Shown in pieces: positions 51,375 through 60,200 of a stretch of 64,000 nucleotides of DNA (its first letter is position 1; each line of letters starts with the position of its first letter). Source of the DNA: a virus; the IMG/VR virus record IMGVR_UViG_3300045996_001458, positions 1-64,000 of that record. The stretch is one strand, 5' to 3'. Below the pieces are notes generated by a model. It had not been told where the DNA came from. It ran no database searches and saw only the letters and a list, made by a program, of their open reading frames with translations. A program made the position numbers and the translations under genes.

Positions 51375-51575
51375 TCAGAAGCCCAGGCGGTCGCACCTGG
51401 CCGCAGCGAGGAACGCCCCCGCTGAGGCTGCGGTGAACACCAGGACACTCGACGTGTTCTTCGAGTCGCGCACGCCGATCACCGTCGTTGTGATCGCCAG
51501 TTCCACACAGTTGCCGCCTTCGCCGCCGCTTCGAGCGCTCTTGCGCCATGCGACATCGGACAGGTCTGGATTCAT
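51375..51575 (-). CDS. DUF397 family protein
   Basis: WRKSARSGGEGGNCVELA...VRDSKN...LVF. Confidence 0.95.
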   Translation of the reverse strand: MNPDLSDVAWRKSARSGGEGGNCVELAITTTVIGVRDSKNTSSVLVFTAASAGAFLAAARCDRLGF

Positions 51576-51594
51576 CCCGACCTCCTTTGTGCTC

Positions 51595-52449
51595 TCACAG
51601 GTTCGAGGCAACTGTAGTCAGGCAGGTCACGCTGTCGTTCGGCGTCATGGCCATCCCGGAGAGCTGGGAGAACATCGCCTCGTAACGATTCAGATCCGCA
51701 GCCTTCTCCAGGTACAGCGACCCGCGGCCGTTCTCCAGGTAGACGGTGTTCATGCGCGGCTCGTCGTCGAACCCGAGCAGAAGGAACGGCGCCGTCATCG
51801 CCGGGTGTGCGCCCGCCTCGAACGGGAGCACCTGGATCGTGACGTGCGGAAGGTCGGCCAACTCGGCGAGGTGCCGCAGTTGCTCCGCCATGACCTCCCC
51901 GCCGCCGACCTTGCGTAGGAGCACGGCCTCGTTCAGGACGGCGTGCAACGTGGGCGGTTCGTCGTCCGTCAGCCGCTGCTGTCGGGCGCGGCGCAGTTCC
52001 ACCTGCCTGTCCAGTTCCGGCGGCGTGGACTCGGGCCGGTTCGCCAAGGCGACGGCGCGAGCGTACCCCGGCGTCTGGAGCAGGCCCGGGATCAGTTCCG
52101 ACTCGTAGGCGCGCAGCGTCGAGGCGTCGTGCTCATAGCCGAGGAAGAGCCGGAACCAGTCCGGCACGAGCTTGGAGTACGTCACCCAGTAGCCAGGCTG
52201 GTTGGCCTCTTCGGCGAGTTCGAGCAGGCGGGCACGGTCGGCGTCGGCCATCCCGTACTTGGGCGCGAGCAACTTGATGTACATCGGTTTGATCAGTTGC
52301 TTGCCGCCCTCGATCTTCGACAGCGTCCCCGGCGTCACCTCGATCTCCGCGGCGGCTTCCTTCGGGGTCACGTCCGCGATGGTGCGGAAGCGGCGGAGCT
52401 CGTCGCCGAGCTGCCACCGACGGATCGTGGGACGTGACTTGCTGGGCAT
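51595..52449 (-). CDS. XRE HTH + DUF5753 regulator
   Basis: RRWQLGDELRRFR...LSKIEGG; IPGLLQTPGYARA; VLNEAVL...GG..VM..QL. Confidence 0.95.
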   Translation of the reverse strand: MPSKSRPTIRRWQLGDELRRFRTIADVTPKEAAAEIEVTPGTLSKIEGGKQLIKPMYIKLLAPKYGMADADRARLLELAEEANQPGYWVTYSKLVPDWFRLFLGYEHDASTLRAYESELIPGLLQTPGYARAVALANRPESTPPELDRQVELRRARQQRLTDDEPPTLHAVLNEAVLLRKVGGGEVMAEQLRHLAELADLPHVTIQVLPFEAGAHPAMTAPFLLLGFDDEPRMNTVYLENGRGSLYLEKAADLNRYEAMFSQLSGMAMTPNDSVTCLTTVASNL

Positions 52450-52504
52450 GTTCTCCTCCGGTGTCTGGGTGTGCGGCTACATCCTGCACCGCATCGACGC
52501 CCAG

Positions 52505-52565
52505 TTTCCTAGCACTTTCACCCGTCCGGCTAGTGCGTGCAGGAAATTCCTGAGCTACATTTCCT
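52505..52565. promoter_or_regulatory. putative XRE operator in divergent promoter
   Basis: CAGGAAATTCCTG palindrome at 52540-52552, flanking TTTCCT half-sites. Confidence 0.55.
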
Positions 52566-52594
52566 CTGCGCCCACTGCCGGTCGGTGGGAGGCA

Positions 52595-52634
52595 GCCCGG
52601 TCCCGCAGGCTCTCACAGGTTCGCGGGGCCGGGC
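52595..52634 (+). ncRNA. leader hairpin antisense to DUF5753-stop/DUF397-RBS junction
   Basis: 12-bp stem; 52609-52623 identical to 51591-51605. Confidence 0.55.
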
Positions 52635-52752
52635 CAAGGTCCCCGCCGGATCCTTCACCTGACTCGGCGGGTCGCCCGGTCCCTATGGCCGGGCAGGTGT
52701 CGGGGCATCGTCGCCGGTGTCCCGGCACCCCGGGCTCATGGACGGAGGAGCG

Positions 52753-53016
52753 ATGAGCACCCTGCTGGCTGTCGCGTTACTGGTCGGAGCCCTCCGCGCC
52801 CTGCTCTACGTGATCTGGCTTCTCGCCCGCCCCCACAGGGCGATGTACGAGGAGATCGCCGCGCGGTGCGCAGCCCTCAACACCTCCGTCCCCGACCCCT
52901 CGGTGGACGGAACGGCCACGGCCGGGGCGGGAACCCCCGACTCTGCTCCGGTCGTGGCCCGTCGTCGTGTCGGCTGGTGGAGCGGAAGCGCCCCGGCCCA
53001 CAGGCGGGTGGCGTGA
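52753..53016 (+). CDS. small membrane protein
   Basis: GGAGGAG RBS; N-terminal TM; TTA codon at 52777. Confidence 0.6.
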   Translation: MSTLLAVALLVGALRALLYVIWLLARPHRAMYEEIAARCAALNTSVPDPSVDGTATAGAGTPDSAPVVARRRVGWWSGSAPAHRRVA

Positions 53017-53228
53017 TGGACGTCGTCCTCGGTGTGTGCGTGGCCCTCGTCCTCGCCGGCCCGTACGCGGTCGGCCTGATGCTGGACCCCACTGTCGTCC
53101 CCCGTGGGTATCGCTGGATCTCCGTGCCGGGCCGTGTCAGTGGGTCCGGGTCGGCACGGGAGGAGGTGGGCACGTCCGACGCTCCCCTGACGGACGTGCC
53201 CACCTCGCGCCGCGGGGAGGGGCCGTGA
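53016..53228 (+). CDS. small membrane protein
   Basis: TGATG coupling; N-terminal TM. Confidence 0.5.
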   Translation: MDVVLGVCVALVLAGPYAVGLMLDPTVVPRGYRWISVPGRVSGSGSAREEVGTSDAPLTDVPTSRRGEGP

Positions 53229-53301
53229 CCGGGCCGGGGATCGAGACGTACCGGCCGCCCGCCGGCGGGCCGGCGAACGACAGCGCTGATGGGAGCGTGT
53301 C

Positions 53302-53673
53302 ATGACAAGGGCCTCCGCCGAGGTGGTCAAACGGGCGCTTCTCGCCTACCCCAACCTGCGGATGCTGCTGCGGTTGGACGGGACAGGCTGGGTGTGGCTG
53401 CCGCCGCCGACGGACGAGCAGGGTGAGGTGCGGGAGATCCACGGCGTGCGTTTCTGGCTCGACACCGGCCGGGACCAGGTCGACGCGCTGCGGGTCCGGT
53501 CGGAGCTCGACGCCGCCGCCGTACGGACCGACAGCGAGGGCGGGATCCTCTGGAAACGCGATGGGGGGCTGGTCGACGTGGTTGAAGCGCTGATCGGGTT
53601 GCCGCCGCCCGACTCGCCGCACGCGCCGCGCCTGGTGATCGGCCACGCACCTCGGGACCAGTGGTGGTCGTGA
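53302..53673 (+). CDS. conserved actinomycete hypothetical protein
   Basis: YPNL..L..L...GW.W...G.R.W...DAL...DA..R...GG..W...G.L..VV..L..LP.P..P.APRLV. Confidence 0.75.
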   Translation: MTRASAEVVKRALLAYPNLRMLLRLDGTGWVWLPPPTDEQGEVREIHGVRFWLDTGRDQVDALRVRSELDAAAVRTDSEGGILWKRDGGLVDVVEALIGLPPPDSPHAPRLVIGHAPRDQWWS

Positions 53674-53917
53674 GCGACACCGAACTCCAACCGAAGCCGG
53701 ACCCGTCGGTGTGCATCTGCCGGTGGAAACGATCGCCCTACGCCGGTATGTCCGACGTGCGTGTACCGAACCCGGCGTGCCCCTTCCCCGGGCACGCCGG
53801 CTAGTAGCCACCACTCCCGGTTCCGCACCCCTCCGGGAGTGGACATGACGCCCCCTTGCGCACCCCCACGTGAGGGGGCGTCACCCCACCCGCCGCCACA
53901 GAGAGGCAGTCACCGAC

Positions 53918-54079
53918 ATGGGCTGGAAGATGTCCCGCGAGGAGTTCGAAGCCCGCGCCCTGCACACGCTGGAGGAGTCGTACACCGTGCGCCCCACGCC
54001 GCGGAACGCGGAGGCGACCGACGCCGAGGCCGCCGAGACGCCCTCGGCGCCCTCGGGACCCGCAGCGACCGCGGACTGA
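53918..54079 (+). CDS. small hypothetical protein
   Basis: GAGAGG RBS after hairpin. Confidence 0.5.
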   Translation: MGWKMSREEFEARALHTLEESYTVRPTPRNAEATDAEAAETPSAPSGPAATAD

Positions 54080-54388
54080 TGCCGAGGCTCACGCCGACCC
54101 GACGCCCCTCGGCTTCGACCCGGGGGGCGTCACCCTGCCCGCACGAAGACTGAGGAGAGAGTCATGTCCTGGGTGAAGAGGATCGAGTCCGAGCCGGTCA
54201 AGCAGCCGGGGTCGCCGTGCCCCGACGATCCGCCGACGGACAAGTCGTGAGCGCGTTAGCCGCGGCCCGGCGCTGGGCGGTCGCCGCCTGGCGCCGGGCG
54301 TCGGCGCCGGTGGACCAGACGGACGACGAGCTGCGGTGGGACGAGCAGCACTGGCAGGTCGCGCCGTGACGTCTGGCTCCCCGCAGTC

Positions 54389-54694
54389 ATGCGGCCTACC
54401 CTGCTGTCCGGAGGTGCCGCCGTGTACGTGATCGCCAACCGCAGGACCGGGCAGACGTTGACCTCGACCACCGACCCGTACCGGGCGCGGCTGCTGGCGT
54501 GCGGGTTCGAGCAGTACTCGGCGCGCGGTGCGGTCCGGCCGGACATCGGCGGGGTCAACCACTACTGCCACGTCGGGCGGCTGCGGATGGGTCAGCCCCA
54601 CCCGTACGAGGCAGGCGCGCGGAGGCTGTTGGACGCGGAGCGGGACGCGCTGGCCCGTGGCGTGGTCGAGCGCTTGGCCGGGCGGCTCCCGTAG
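54389..54694 (+). CDS. hypothetical protein
   Basis: ORF in rightward cassette; start uncertain. Confidence 0.5.
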   Translation: MRPTLLSGGAAVYVIANRRTGQTLTSTTDPYRARLLACGFEQYSARGAVRPDIGGVNHYCHVGRLRMGQPHPYEAGARRLLDAERDALARGVVERLAGRLP

Positions 54695-54805
54695 CCGGAG
54701 GTCGGGTTCGACACCCCGATGTATTCATAGGTGATCGAAGCATCCCCCCCGGGCATGCCGGACGCCCCGCACCTCCTCGGGCACGGGGCGGCGCAGGCGG
54801 CGGAG

Positions 54806-55207
54806 CTACGTCGGCCGCTTGGCGGTGAGGACGCGGGGCAGGTGGACGTGCAGGTGCCGCACGGTGACGTCCACCTCCGCGAAGGCGAGCAGCAGTGCGA
54901 GGTCGGACGCCAGGGCCACCGAGCGGTGCCGGCCGCCGGCGCAGCCGAACGCCGCGGTCACGGGCTTCAGTCGTGCCATGGAGCGGACGAGCCGCGCCGT
55001 GGTCGACGCCAGCTCCACGGCTCCGGGCGTGGCGAACACGAACCGGGACACGTCCTCGTCCAGGCCGGTCCGGTCGAGCATGTCGGCGCCCGGGACGTGG
55101 GCGGGGTCGGCCAGCAGGCGGCGCAGGTCGAGCGTGATGTCCACGGTGTCGAGTTCGGGCGTGGGCGGGTGCAGGTAGCCGAAGGACAGGACGGTGACGG
55201 GGTGCAT
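54806..55207 (-). CDS. RapZ C-terminal-domain-like protein
   Basis: VLSFGYLH...DLRRLL.DP...TGLD...FGCAGGRHRSVA. Confidence 0.85.
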   Translation of the reverse strand: MHPVTVLSFGYLHPPTPELDTVDITLDLRRLLADPAHVPGADMLDRTGLDEDVSRFVFATPGAVELASTTARLVRSMARLKPVTAAFGCAGGRHRSVALASDLALLLAFAEVDVTVRHLHVHLPRVLTAKRPT

Positions 55208-55277
55208 GACGGGCCTCTCGCTGGAGTCTCGGTGGGGAACGGAAAGGGGGCGGCCCCCGGAGGGGCCGCCGGTCCCG

Positions 55278-55460
55278 TCACCGGTTGAGGTGGTTCTCCA
55301 GGGCCTCGGCCTGGGCCTGGGTGAGGTTGAAGTACTTGGTCTGGGCCGGGTTGTTGATGTCGGCGGTGGTGCCGTCGTGGGTGAGGGCCTTGAGGATGGT
55401 GCTGCGGCTGTCGGTGACGAAGAAGCCGTTCCCCAGCTTGATCATGTTGTAGCGCTCCAT
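55278..55460 (-). CDS. small hypothetical protein (60 aa)
   Basis: GAGGAGGA RBS; followed by GGCGGCCCC/GGGGCCGCC hairpin and T-rich tail. Confidence 0.7.
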   Translation of the reverse strand: MERYNMIKLGNGFFVTDSRSTILKALTHDGTTADINNPAQTKYFNLTQAQAEALENHLNR

Positions 55461-55500
55461 GGTGTCCTCCTCGGCGGTGGTGTTCCTTGCTGCTGTAACC

Positions 55501-55606
55501 ATCATGTCCCACTGTGGGACGTTACGCAAGCACCTGTCAGGGGAACCACTCGAACGGAGCAACTCGGAGGCGGAAGCTTGCACTGTGCCCCACAGTGGGG
55601 CATTAT
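55501..55606. promoter_or_regulatory. divergent promoters each with a CCCAC(A/T)GTGGG operator in the spacer
   Basis: Minus TTGCGT-17-CATGAT with GTCCCACTGTGGGAC; plus TTGCAC-17-CATTAT with TGCCCCACAGTGGGGCA. Confidence 0.8.
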
Positions 55607-55643
55607 GGCTACACACACAGGACACGCCGCCACGGAGGACGAC

Positions 55644-55880
55644 ATGACCACCAACGCCACCGCCGTCATCACCGCCGTCATCGCAGACGCGAACGGTAAC
55701 CCGTTCACCGAGGAACAGGTCATCGACCGCGAGCCGATCGAGCACGACATCGAGCGCGACTTGTCCACCGTGTCGTTGTCCGCCGCAGACCTGGGCTGCG
55801 AGCCGGGCACGCTCTACCGCGTGTCGCTGGTGGACGACGAGGACCGCGTCCTCGGCTCCCGTGAGGTCGTCGCGCTGTGA
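55644..55880 (+). CDS. small acidic hypothetical protein
   Basis: GGAGGA RBS. Confidence 0.65.
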   Translation: MTTNATAVITAVIADANGNPFTEEQVIDREPIEHDIERDLSTVSLSAADLGCEPGTLYRVSLVDDEDRVLGSREVVAL

Positions 55881-56224
55881 CCGAGGTGTGGACCACCGAC
55901 CAGGTAGCCCAGCACCTCGGTATCGAGCCCCGCTCGGTGCGCAAGACCATGTCCCGGTGGGGTATCGCCGTGAGCGGGAGGGAGCCCGGTCGGGCGGGCG
56001 CGAACCTGTACCCCGCCGACGAGGTCCGCGCGGGCAAGTCGGCGTCCCAGGGCAAGGGCAACCGGACCTTCCGCAAGCTCACTGCGGCCCAGCTCGACGA
56101 GATCCGTTCGGCGCACGGGCAGCGCACCTCAGCCGAGGTGGCGGCCGACTACGGCGTGTCCTCCGGGTACGTCCGCGCCTTGTGGGCGGAGCGGCATCGG
56201 CAGGCGTCCGCCCAGTCGGAGTAG
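55877..56224 (+). CDS. double-HTH DNA-binding protein
   Basis: WTTDQVAQHLGIEPRSVRKTMSRWG; KLT...EIR...TSAEVAADYGVSSGYVR. Confidence 0.8.
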   Translation: MTEVWTTDQVAQHLGIEPRSVRKTMSRWGIAVSGREPGRAGANLYPADEVRAGKSASQGKGNRTFRKLTAAQLDEIRSAHGQRTSAEVAADYGVSSGYVRALWAERHRQASAQSE

Positions 56225-56290
56225 CCCGGCCAACCGCTTCGATCCCATATGGATACATCTCGGTGTCGAACCAGCACTCGCGCACGACGA

Positions 56291-56327
56291 AACGGCCCCA
56301 CCCTCCCGTAGGAGAGTGGGGCCGGTT
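56291..56327. terminator. hairpin between convergent genes
   Basis: CGGCCCCAC...GTGGGGCCG. Confidence 0.65.
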
Positions 56328-56345
56328 GCTGTCCGCGCGACGATG

Positions 56346-57344
56346 TCAATCGGTATCGATGACCAGGGGTAGTCGGGTCTGGGTCGAGAAGGCGCGGTCG
56401 AACATGTCCTCGAAGTCCTTCTTGTCCCTGGCGATGCGCATCAGGGTGGTCACCGTCGAGATCTGCTTGTCCAGGTGCGGGTTCCCGGTGTCCGCGGTGA
56501 GGAACTGGTGGTGCTTGTACGCCCGGCGGCCGCTGGCGTTCTTCGGGTTCAACGCCCGCAACTCCTCCAGCACCCCCGGGGGCAGTTGCTCGTAGACGTA
56601 CTTGTTGACGAGCCTGCCGACGTAGGGCGTCCGCTTCGACGTGCCCGGCTTGTACTCCCATCCCTGGAGTCGGTAGATCTCCTGGAAGAACTCGTTGGGG
56701 AAGCGCTTCACCCAGGGCATCAGCTCACGCTGCACGTACGCCTCCAGGATGCGCTGGAGTTCGTCGCGTGCACGCACCTCCTGGTAGCCGGTGGCCTCGT
56801 CGACCAGCGCCAGGATGCCGATCCTGGCGAGCGCGCGGATCAGGATCTCCGCCATGCGGGCGACCGGCTGCTGGTTCGGGGTGAGGCGGCCGTTCTCGCG
56901 GGCTTCCAGGTAGACCTCGCACACCATGGGCAGCATCTCCGCCCGGTATCCCCACGAGCGCATGGGGTGGCCGGCCTCCTTGTAGGCGATCGGCGCGGCG
57001 AGCTCGTTCAACTCGGGCGAGATGTAGGGCTGGAGGTTCTGCGCGGACAGGAACGGCGCGCGGGCCTCGCTGCCGTGCCGGGTACTGCGGGACTTGTCGG
57101 GGTTGCGGCCGAGGACGGTCAGGACGGTGGACTGGCTCAGGACCCGCGTGCCGTCGGTGAGCACCGCGCACGAGATCAACCGGTCGCCGATGACGAGTTC
57201 GCCGACGTGGGTGGCGGTCTGGATCGTCGACCCCCAGCGGGCCTCCGCGGCTTGGCGGGCGATCTCCGCGCGGCGATGTCCGGTCAGGTTGGCCGCCCTC
57301 GCCTTGCCGCCCTCGCTCGCCTTGCTGCTGATGTCGTCGGTCAC
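56346..57344 (-). CDS. P63C-domain protein
   Basis: GGKARA..L...RR.EIA..AA.ARW N-terminus; GI.ALVDEATGYQ..R..DELQ.IL...PW.KRFP..F; HHQFLT. Confidence 0.9.
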   Translation of the reverse strand: MTDDISSKASEGGKARAANLTGHRRAEIARQAAEARWGSTIQTATHVGELVIGDRLISCAVLTDGTRVLSQSTVLTVLGRNPDKSRSTRHGSEARAPFLSAQNLQPYISPELNELAAPIAYKEAGHPMRSWGYRAEMLPMVCEVYLEARENGRLTPNQQPVARMAEILIRALARIGILALVDEATGYQEVRARDELQRILEAYVQRELMPWVKRFPNEFFQEIYRLQGWEYKPGTSKRTPYVGRLVNKYVYEQLPPGVLEELRALNPKNASGRRAYKHHQFLTADTGNPHLDKQISTVTTLMRIARDKKDFEDMFDRAFSTQTRLPLVIDTD

Positions 57345-57359
57345 AGCACCTCCACTCGT

Positions 57360-57489
57360 TGCTTGCCCAGCAAGCATGCCACACCGGGCTAGTTTCACCA
57401 ACTCTCCGGCCAGTAAGGAACCGCCAGCTAGAGGGGCTGAAAGTGCCTGCTGGGGGTCGACCTGGTCGGCTGTTCTTGCTCGGCAAGCA
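57360..57489. promoter_or_regulatory. two inverted-repeat operators upstream of P63C gene
   Basis: TGCTTGC-CCA-GCAAGCA (57360-57376) and TTCTTGC-TCG-GCAAGCA (57473-57489). Confidence 0.65.
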
Positions 57490-57610
57490 GGTCATGCAGG
57501 ATCAACGACGAAACGCCCCCATCCTGCCGACCCGGGGGCCAACAGGATGGGGGCGCTCGCCTGCCCGCGCGAGGGGTTCGCGGGGCTACCTGCCGGGAAG
57601 GTGGCAGGTG

Positions 57611-58297
57611 TCAGAAGTCGGCACGCGGGACACCGTCCAACTGGAGGCGCAGTTGGTGCCACTGCAACCGCTCCAGCATCCGACCGCGGGTCTCGGTGAT
57701 CCTCGCGGCGATCTTCGGCACGTGGAAGTCGAGGACGTTCACGCTGCCCGTGTCGGTCAGCCAGAACCAGTCCTGGTACTTCGAGCGGGGGTTGCCGTTC
57801 TGGCGGAGGACGCCACCGGCGCGGAGGGCTCCGGTGATCTGGGTGACGGACAGCTTCAGGCCGTAGCGCTGGTAGAGCAACTGGGACAGCTGCTCCCAGG
57901 TCAGGGACTGCGGGTCGTCGATCACGCTGTAGTGGCCGCGCTTGCGGATCGCCGGCAGCACCTCGCCGAACACCCAGGTCTGGAACCGTTCGACCCGGTT
58001 CCGGATCACGGCATCCTGGATACGCGCGGAGACGCGCTGACCGATGGCGCGGTAGAACCCCTCCTCGGTCAGGTACCACACGCCGAGATCCTGTGGGCGC
58101 GTCAATGCGCCCACGGTGCGACCTGCGGAAACAGTGTCCTTGAACTTGCAGTGCTCGGGCAGGGTCCGGGCCAGGTCTGCGCCCTTCCTGTACCCGAGAG
58201 CCTCCGCGACAAGCATCCCGTGGACACGGAAGGCGTCATCGGTGAACTCGACCGCGATCTCGAACTCTCCGTTGTTGAACAGCTGGACAGCTGACAT
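57611..58297 (-). CDS. Bro-N domain antirepressor-like protein
   Basis: F.N.EF...VAEALGY...LTEEGFYRAI...RFQTWVFGEVLPAIRKRGHY. Confidence 0.85.
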   Translation of the reverse strand: MSAVQLFNNGEFEIAVEFTDDAFRVHGMLVAEALGYRKGADLARTLPEHCKFKDTVSAGRTVGALTRPQDLGVWYLTEEGFYRAIGQRVSARIQDAVIRNRVERFQTWVFGEVLPAIRKRGHYSVIDDPQSLTWEQLSQLLYQRYGLKLSVTQITGALRAGGVLRQNGNPRSKYQDWFWLTDTGSVNVLDFHVPKIAARITETRGRMLERLQWHQLRLQLDGVPRADF

Positions 58298-58383
58298 GGA
58301 GGGGCGAACCCTCTCTCCGGGACCGGCAGGACTGGTTGTCGCGCCCGGCCGGCCACCAGTCCCATAGGACCGGCCGGGCGCGC

Positions 58384-58410
58384 AAAAAACCCAGGACCGT
58401 CGCCCTGGGC
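58384..58410 (-). terminator. intrinsic terminator after lysis cassette
   Basis: GCCCAGG...CCTGGGT followed by TTTTT. Confidence 0.75.
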
Positions 58411-58459
58411 TCGTCTTGGTGTAGCGCGAGGAGTCGCGGCTACATGTCGCGGTTGGTTC

Positions 58460-58831
58460 TCACTCGACGTCGGACCACGGACCTGCGGTGATCGCCGGCG
58501 GGACCGGGGCCACGACGTTCGGGCGGACCAGCACGCCGGTCAGCAGCAGCTCGACCACGACCATGGCGGTGGACTGCATGTCGGGGGACAGACTCAGGCC
58601 GAACGCCAGGCCGACGGCGATCGCGGCCTTGAAGAAGCCGACGAGCGCGGCCACCAGGCCCTCGCCCTTCAGGGTCCAGGCGGTGACGACACCGAGCAGC
58701 GCGGCGACACCGGCGTTCAGCAGACCCTGCTGGTCGGTGGTCAGCGGGAAGACGGCGGCGGAGACGAGGGCGATCAAGCCGGACGCCAGCGCCAGCCAGT
58801 AGGCCGGCTCGCGGCCGAAGATCCGGTTCAT
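58460..58831 (-). CDS. holin
   Basis: IFGREPA start, four hydrophobic segments, directly after endolysin. Confidence 0.8.
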   Translation of the reverse strand: MNRIFGREPAYWLALASGLIALVSAAVFPLTTDQQGLLNAGVAALLGVVTAWTLKGEGLVAALVGFFKAAIAVGLAFGLSLSPDMQSTAMVVVELLLTGVLVRPNVVAPVPPAITAGPWSDVE

Positions 58832-58841
58832 GGGGTGCCTT

Positions 58842-59825
58842 TCAGGTGGTCGGGCTGGTGTTGGCGAGCCGGCGGGTCAGCTCGTCCACGATCTGGTCGG
58901 CCTGGTCGGTGTTGTCCTCGCCGAGCACGGCGCGCACGGCGTCCTTGATGTGCGGCAGCTGCGCGGCCGCCACCTGCTCCGGGGTCGGCGTGTGCCGCTC
59001 CACGGCCGCATCCACCACGCGCTCCAGTTCGGCGGGCGTGATGTCGGGGTCGGCCGCGACCGCCGCGAGCGTGGCCCTGATCGCGGCCAGCTGCTCGTAG
59101 ATGGTCGGCCCGAGCAGGTGGGTCGCCCCAGCGCCGCCGGGGCGCAGGTCGAACGCGATGGCACGCTGCGCCATCGCCAGGAACGCCGGGTAGTCGCGGT
59201 TGGCGTCGAGCGGCATGTCGTCCTCCTCGGTTCCGTTGAGTAGCGCCATGAACCGGGCGCGGGGGAAGGTGTCGAAGGTCCGGCCGCCCTCGGTGACGTA
59301 GCCGGGGTCACGCCGGTCGTCCCACTGGATCTCGGCGTGGGTGATGAACCCGACGGGGCCACCGCCGGTCGCGCGGGCGTGGTCCAACTCCGCCTTCGTC
59401 GCCCAGCGCAGCGGGATGCCGTTGTCGAGCGCGATCTTCCGCAGGCCGCTTCTGCCGTCCGGCCCGAGCGCGGACATGCGCAGCGTCTTGTCAATCCAGT
59501 TCTCGGGGACGTTGCGCCAGTCCGTGGTGCGCTTGCTGATCTCGTGGCCGTAGGTGCACGAGTTGTAGTTCGACGCGTGCCACGCCGTGTAGCCGGAGGG
59601 CAGCAGGAAGATCCACGAGTCGGCGTCGGACCCGCTGTGCCAACTGACGTCGCGGTCGGTGGTGGCGGCGTAGTGCGAGACGTTCTCGGCGGACAGGTCG
59701 TTCAGCGTGTCGAGGTCGTCGGCGCCCGCAGTGATGTGGACAACGATCGCCAGCAGGCGGTTGTTACGGGTCGTGTAGTAGTTGGGGCCGTACGGGTTGG
59801 GCCGGTCCAGGAGGTAGAAGCCCAC
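58842..59825 (-). CDS. endolysin, N-acetylmuramoyl-L-alanine amidase (Amidase_2)
   Basis: IVVHITAG, VSWH, AWHA...N...GHEI, ITHAEI...DPG. Confidence 0.9.
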   Translation of the reverse strand: MGFYLLDRPNPYGPNYYTTRNNRLLAIVVHITAGADDLDTLNDLSAENVSHYAATTDRDVSWHSGSDADSWIFLLPSGYTAWHASNYNSCTYGHEISKRTTDWRNVPENWIDKTLRMSALGPDGRSGLRKIALDNGIPLRWATKAELDHARATGGGPVGFITHAEIQWDDRRDPGYVTEGGRTFDTFPRARFMALLNGTEEDDMPLDANRDYPAFLAMAQRAIAFDLRPGGAGATHLLGPTIYEQLAAIRATLAAVAADPDITPAELERVVDAAVERHTPTPEQVAAAQLPHIKDAVRAVLGEDNTDQADQIVDELTRRLANTSPTT

Positions 59826-59834
59826 GGGGTCACC

Positions 59835-60200
59835 TCACGCTGCTGTTGGGTCGGGGTAGAGCGGGGGCGGGTCGGAGACGTGGCCGCCGAGTTCGCGGAC
59901 CTGTTCGGCGATGTTGCGGTCCCACCGCTCGTGGAAGCGGAGCCGGGTCGCCTGCGCCGCGTCACGTGCCTCCTGTGCCCGCTGCGCGGTCTCCAGCTCC
60001 GTGATCCGGCCGCGCAGCGCGGACATGTCCTCCCGGACGCCCTTCACCCAGTCGGCGCTCGCGTCCTGGATGACCTGGGCGGCCTCGGCGTTCTTGAGCC
60101 GGTTCTCGGGTCGCGCCTTGACCAGCAGAACCAGCGCGGTGATGAGAGCGGCCAGTCCCGTCCCACCACCGAGCCATGCGGCTACGGAGGTAGGGCTCAT
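59835..60200 (-). CDS. membrane protein with coiled coil (lysis-associated)
   Basis: LGGGTGLAALITAL TM then coiled coil. Confidence 0.7.
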   Translation of the reverse strand: MSPTSVAAWLGGGTGLAALITALVLLVKARPENRLKNAEAAQVIQDASADWVKGVREDMSALRGRITELETAQRAQEARDAAQATRLRFHERWDRNIAEQVRELGGHVSDPPPLYPDPTAA

